DNA of 41,272 bases from an archaeon (GTDB lineage: Archaea; Nanobdellota; Nanobdellia; Pacearchaeales; GW2011-AR1). The notes under the pieces were generated by a model, which saw only the letters and a program-made list of their open reading frames with translations, had not been told where the DNA came from and searched no databases. The DNA is taken from the NCBI GenBank assembly GCA_030699005.1, contig JAUYLQ010000018.1, forward strand, positions 1 through 41,272. Reading direction: 5' to 3'. Shown piece after piece: positions 40,128 to 41,272 of this stretch (positions within the stretch are counted from its first letter, which is position 1; each line of letters begins with the position of its first letter). Made by a program: the position numbers and the translations under genes.

Positions 40128-41272
40128 ATGAAAGTTGCAGATTATGTTCTCAATCATTTGGAAAATGAAGGTGTTAAACATGTTTTTGTTGTAAATGGTG
40201 CTGCAAATGCAATCTTGATTGATGCTTTTTACAGAAACAAAAAAGTAAAACATATTGCAGTCATGCACGAGCAGGCCGGAGGTTTTGTAGCTGAAGGCTA
40301 TGCAAAAATAAGTGAAAATTTAGGGGTGGCTTTTGTTACAAGTGGACCAGGGGCTCAAAATCTTGTCACTCCAATTTCTAATTTTTATTTTGATTCAGTG
40401 CCAGGTTTATTTATTTCGGGTCAGGTAAATTCAAATTTTTTAAGACCAGAACCTGAAATAAGGCAAGTCGGATTTCAGGAATCTCCAACAGTAGAATTGG
40501 TTTCTCCGGTAACTAAATATGCAAAAATGATCACAAATCCAAGTTCAATAAAATATGAATTGGAGAAAGCAACATTTCTGGCTAAAGAGGGTCGTCCAGG
40601 ACCCGTTCTACTGGACATTCCCATAAATATTCAAAAATCAGAAATAATTCCGGAATCTTTAGAAGGGTTTAATCCCCTTTCTTATCAAGGAGGATATGAC
40701 TCTTATTTAGTCGATGAAAAAATACGAGTTTATTTGGATGATTTAAAGAATGCAAAAAGACCCGTAATTTTGGTTGGTGCGGGAGTAAGGCATTCTAAAG
40801 GAATTGAGGAATTGCTACACGCAGGAAAAAAATTAAAAATACCTATGTTCCCGACATGGAATGCTTTAGACATAGTAACATCTGATTACGAATATTATGG
40901 GGGAAGGGTTGGAACTTATGGGGGGAAAGGGAGAAATTTCGGAATTCAAAATTCAGACCTCCTTTTAGCAATTGGAAGCAGAATTTCAGGACGTATCACT
41001 GGGGGGAAACCCGAGAGCTTTGCAAGAGAAGCTAAAAAATATGTTGTTGATATCGATAAATACCTTCTTCAAAGAAAAACTCAGCAAGTTCCTTTTGATG
41101 AAAGTATTTTGTGCGATGCAAAAGTTTTTTTAGATAGGATGAACTTAAAACTTGACTCCATGGGAAGCATTCCCGATTTTTCTGAATGGAATGGGAAGGT
41201 TTTTGAATGGCGTGACAAGTATGACCCGGTTTTAAAAGAGTATTATGGAGAAAAAGAATTTGCAAACCCTTA
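40128..41272 (+). CDS. Second ThDP-dependent acetolactate-synthase-like enzyme, 3' end beyond the window; absent from the supplied ORF track
   Basis: Hand translation from the ATG at 40128 stays open to the window end: 'MKVADYVLNHLENEGVKHVFVVNGAANAILIDAF..MHEQAGGFVAEGYAKISENLGVAFVTSGPGAQNLVTP..GRPGPVLLDIP'. It is paralogous to the ORF at 31597-33375. Confidence 0.85.
   Translation, partial: MKVADYVLNHLENEGVKHVFVVNGAANAILIDAFYRNKKVKHIAVMHEQAGGFVAEGYAKISENLGVAFVTSGPGAQNLVTPISNFYFDSVPGLFISGQVNSNFLRPEPEIRQVGFQESPTVELVSPVTKYAKMITNPSSIKYELEKATFLAKEGRPGPVLLDIPINIQKSEIIPESLEGFNPLSYQGGYDSYLVDEKIRVYLDDLKNAKRPVILVGAGVRHSKGIEELLHAGKKLKIPMFPTWNALDIVTSDYEYYGGRVGTYGGKGRNFGIQNSDLLLAIGSRISGRITGGKPESFAREAKKYVVDIDKYLLQRKTQQVPFDESILCDAKVFLDRMNLKLDSMGSIPDFSEWNGKVFEWRDKYDPVLKEYYGEKEFANP

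Noticed and set aside
40071-41265. Minus-strand ORFs 40071-40268 and 41032-41265.
   Set aside because: Both lie inside the long open plus-strand frame from 40128, which encodes a clear ThDP enzyme. The track omits that frame only because it has no stop in the window.
1-41272. CRISPR array or other long-period spaced repeats.
   Set aside because: No series of three or more regularly spaced identical repeats of 24-40 nt was seen. The spaced repeats present are two-copy tRNA-end duplications and the 8-mer iterons, neither of which is CRISPR-like.

Overview
AT-rich, very gene-dense archaeal window. Archaea-specific markers include eL18, eL21, Rpo3/Rpo4/Rpo10, RNase P Rpp21, an AglB with a WWDYG motif, and an intron-containing tRNA. 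The compactness and low GC suggest a small-genome DPANN-like lineage, but that is inference only.

Layout:
(1) 1-3049: a HAD hydrolase fragment, a Xer-like tyrosine recombinase tightly coupled to a catalytic-domain-less 'Recombinase'-domain protein, then rps9-rpl13-rpl18e on the minus strand.
(2) 3050-12011: a roughly 9 kb plus-strand accessory island that splits the normally contiguous rpoD/rpl18e junction. It holds a tRNA-Leu(CAA) with duplicated 5' and 3' termini and a three-gene cassette (coiled-coil protein, unknown protein, HerA/FtsK-type ATPase fused to a C-terminal wHTH). After these come a dense GAAATACC iteron/palindrome array, seven small membrane or secreted protein genes with repeated hairpin-promoter-RBS cassettes, and an NDH-2-like oxidoreductase.
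(3) 12012-17260: rpoD-rps11-rps4-rps13-DUF655-rpoF-rpl21e, rpoN, Rpp21, a NUDIX hydrolase, four tRNAs and a 5S rRNA.
(4) 17322-19752: secF and secD.
(5) 19903 to the window end: an AglB-anchored glycosylation island of more than 21 kb. It contains GT9, three GT2, two GT4, GT10 plus a Fcl-like enzyme, two methyltransferases, a flippase, four SDR enzymes and two ThDP enzymes. The last ThDP gene runs off the window and is missing from the ORF track.

The best candidate for something undescribed is the ATPase-wHTH cassette with its iteron array and the downstream membrane-protein battery. The recurrent partial self-duplications around three of the four tRNA genes come second. All functional calls rest on motifs read by eye; no searches were run.
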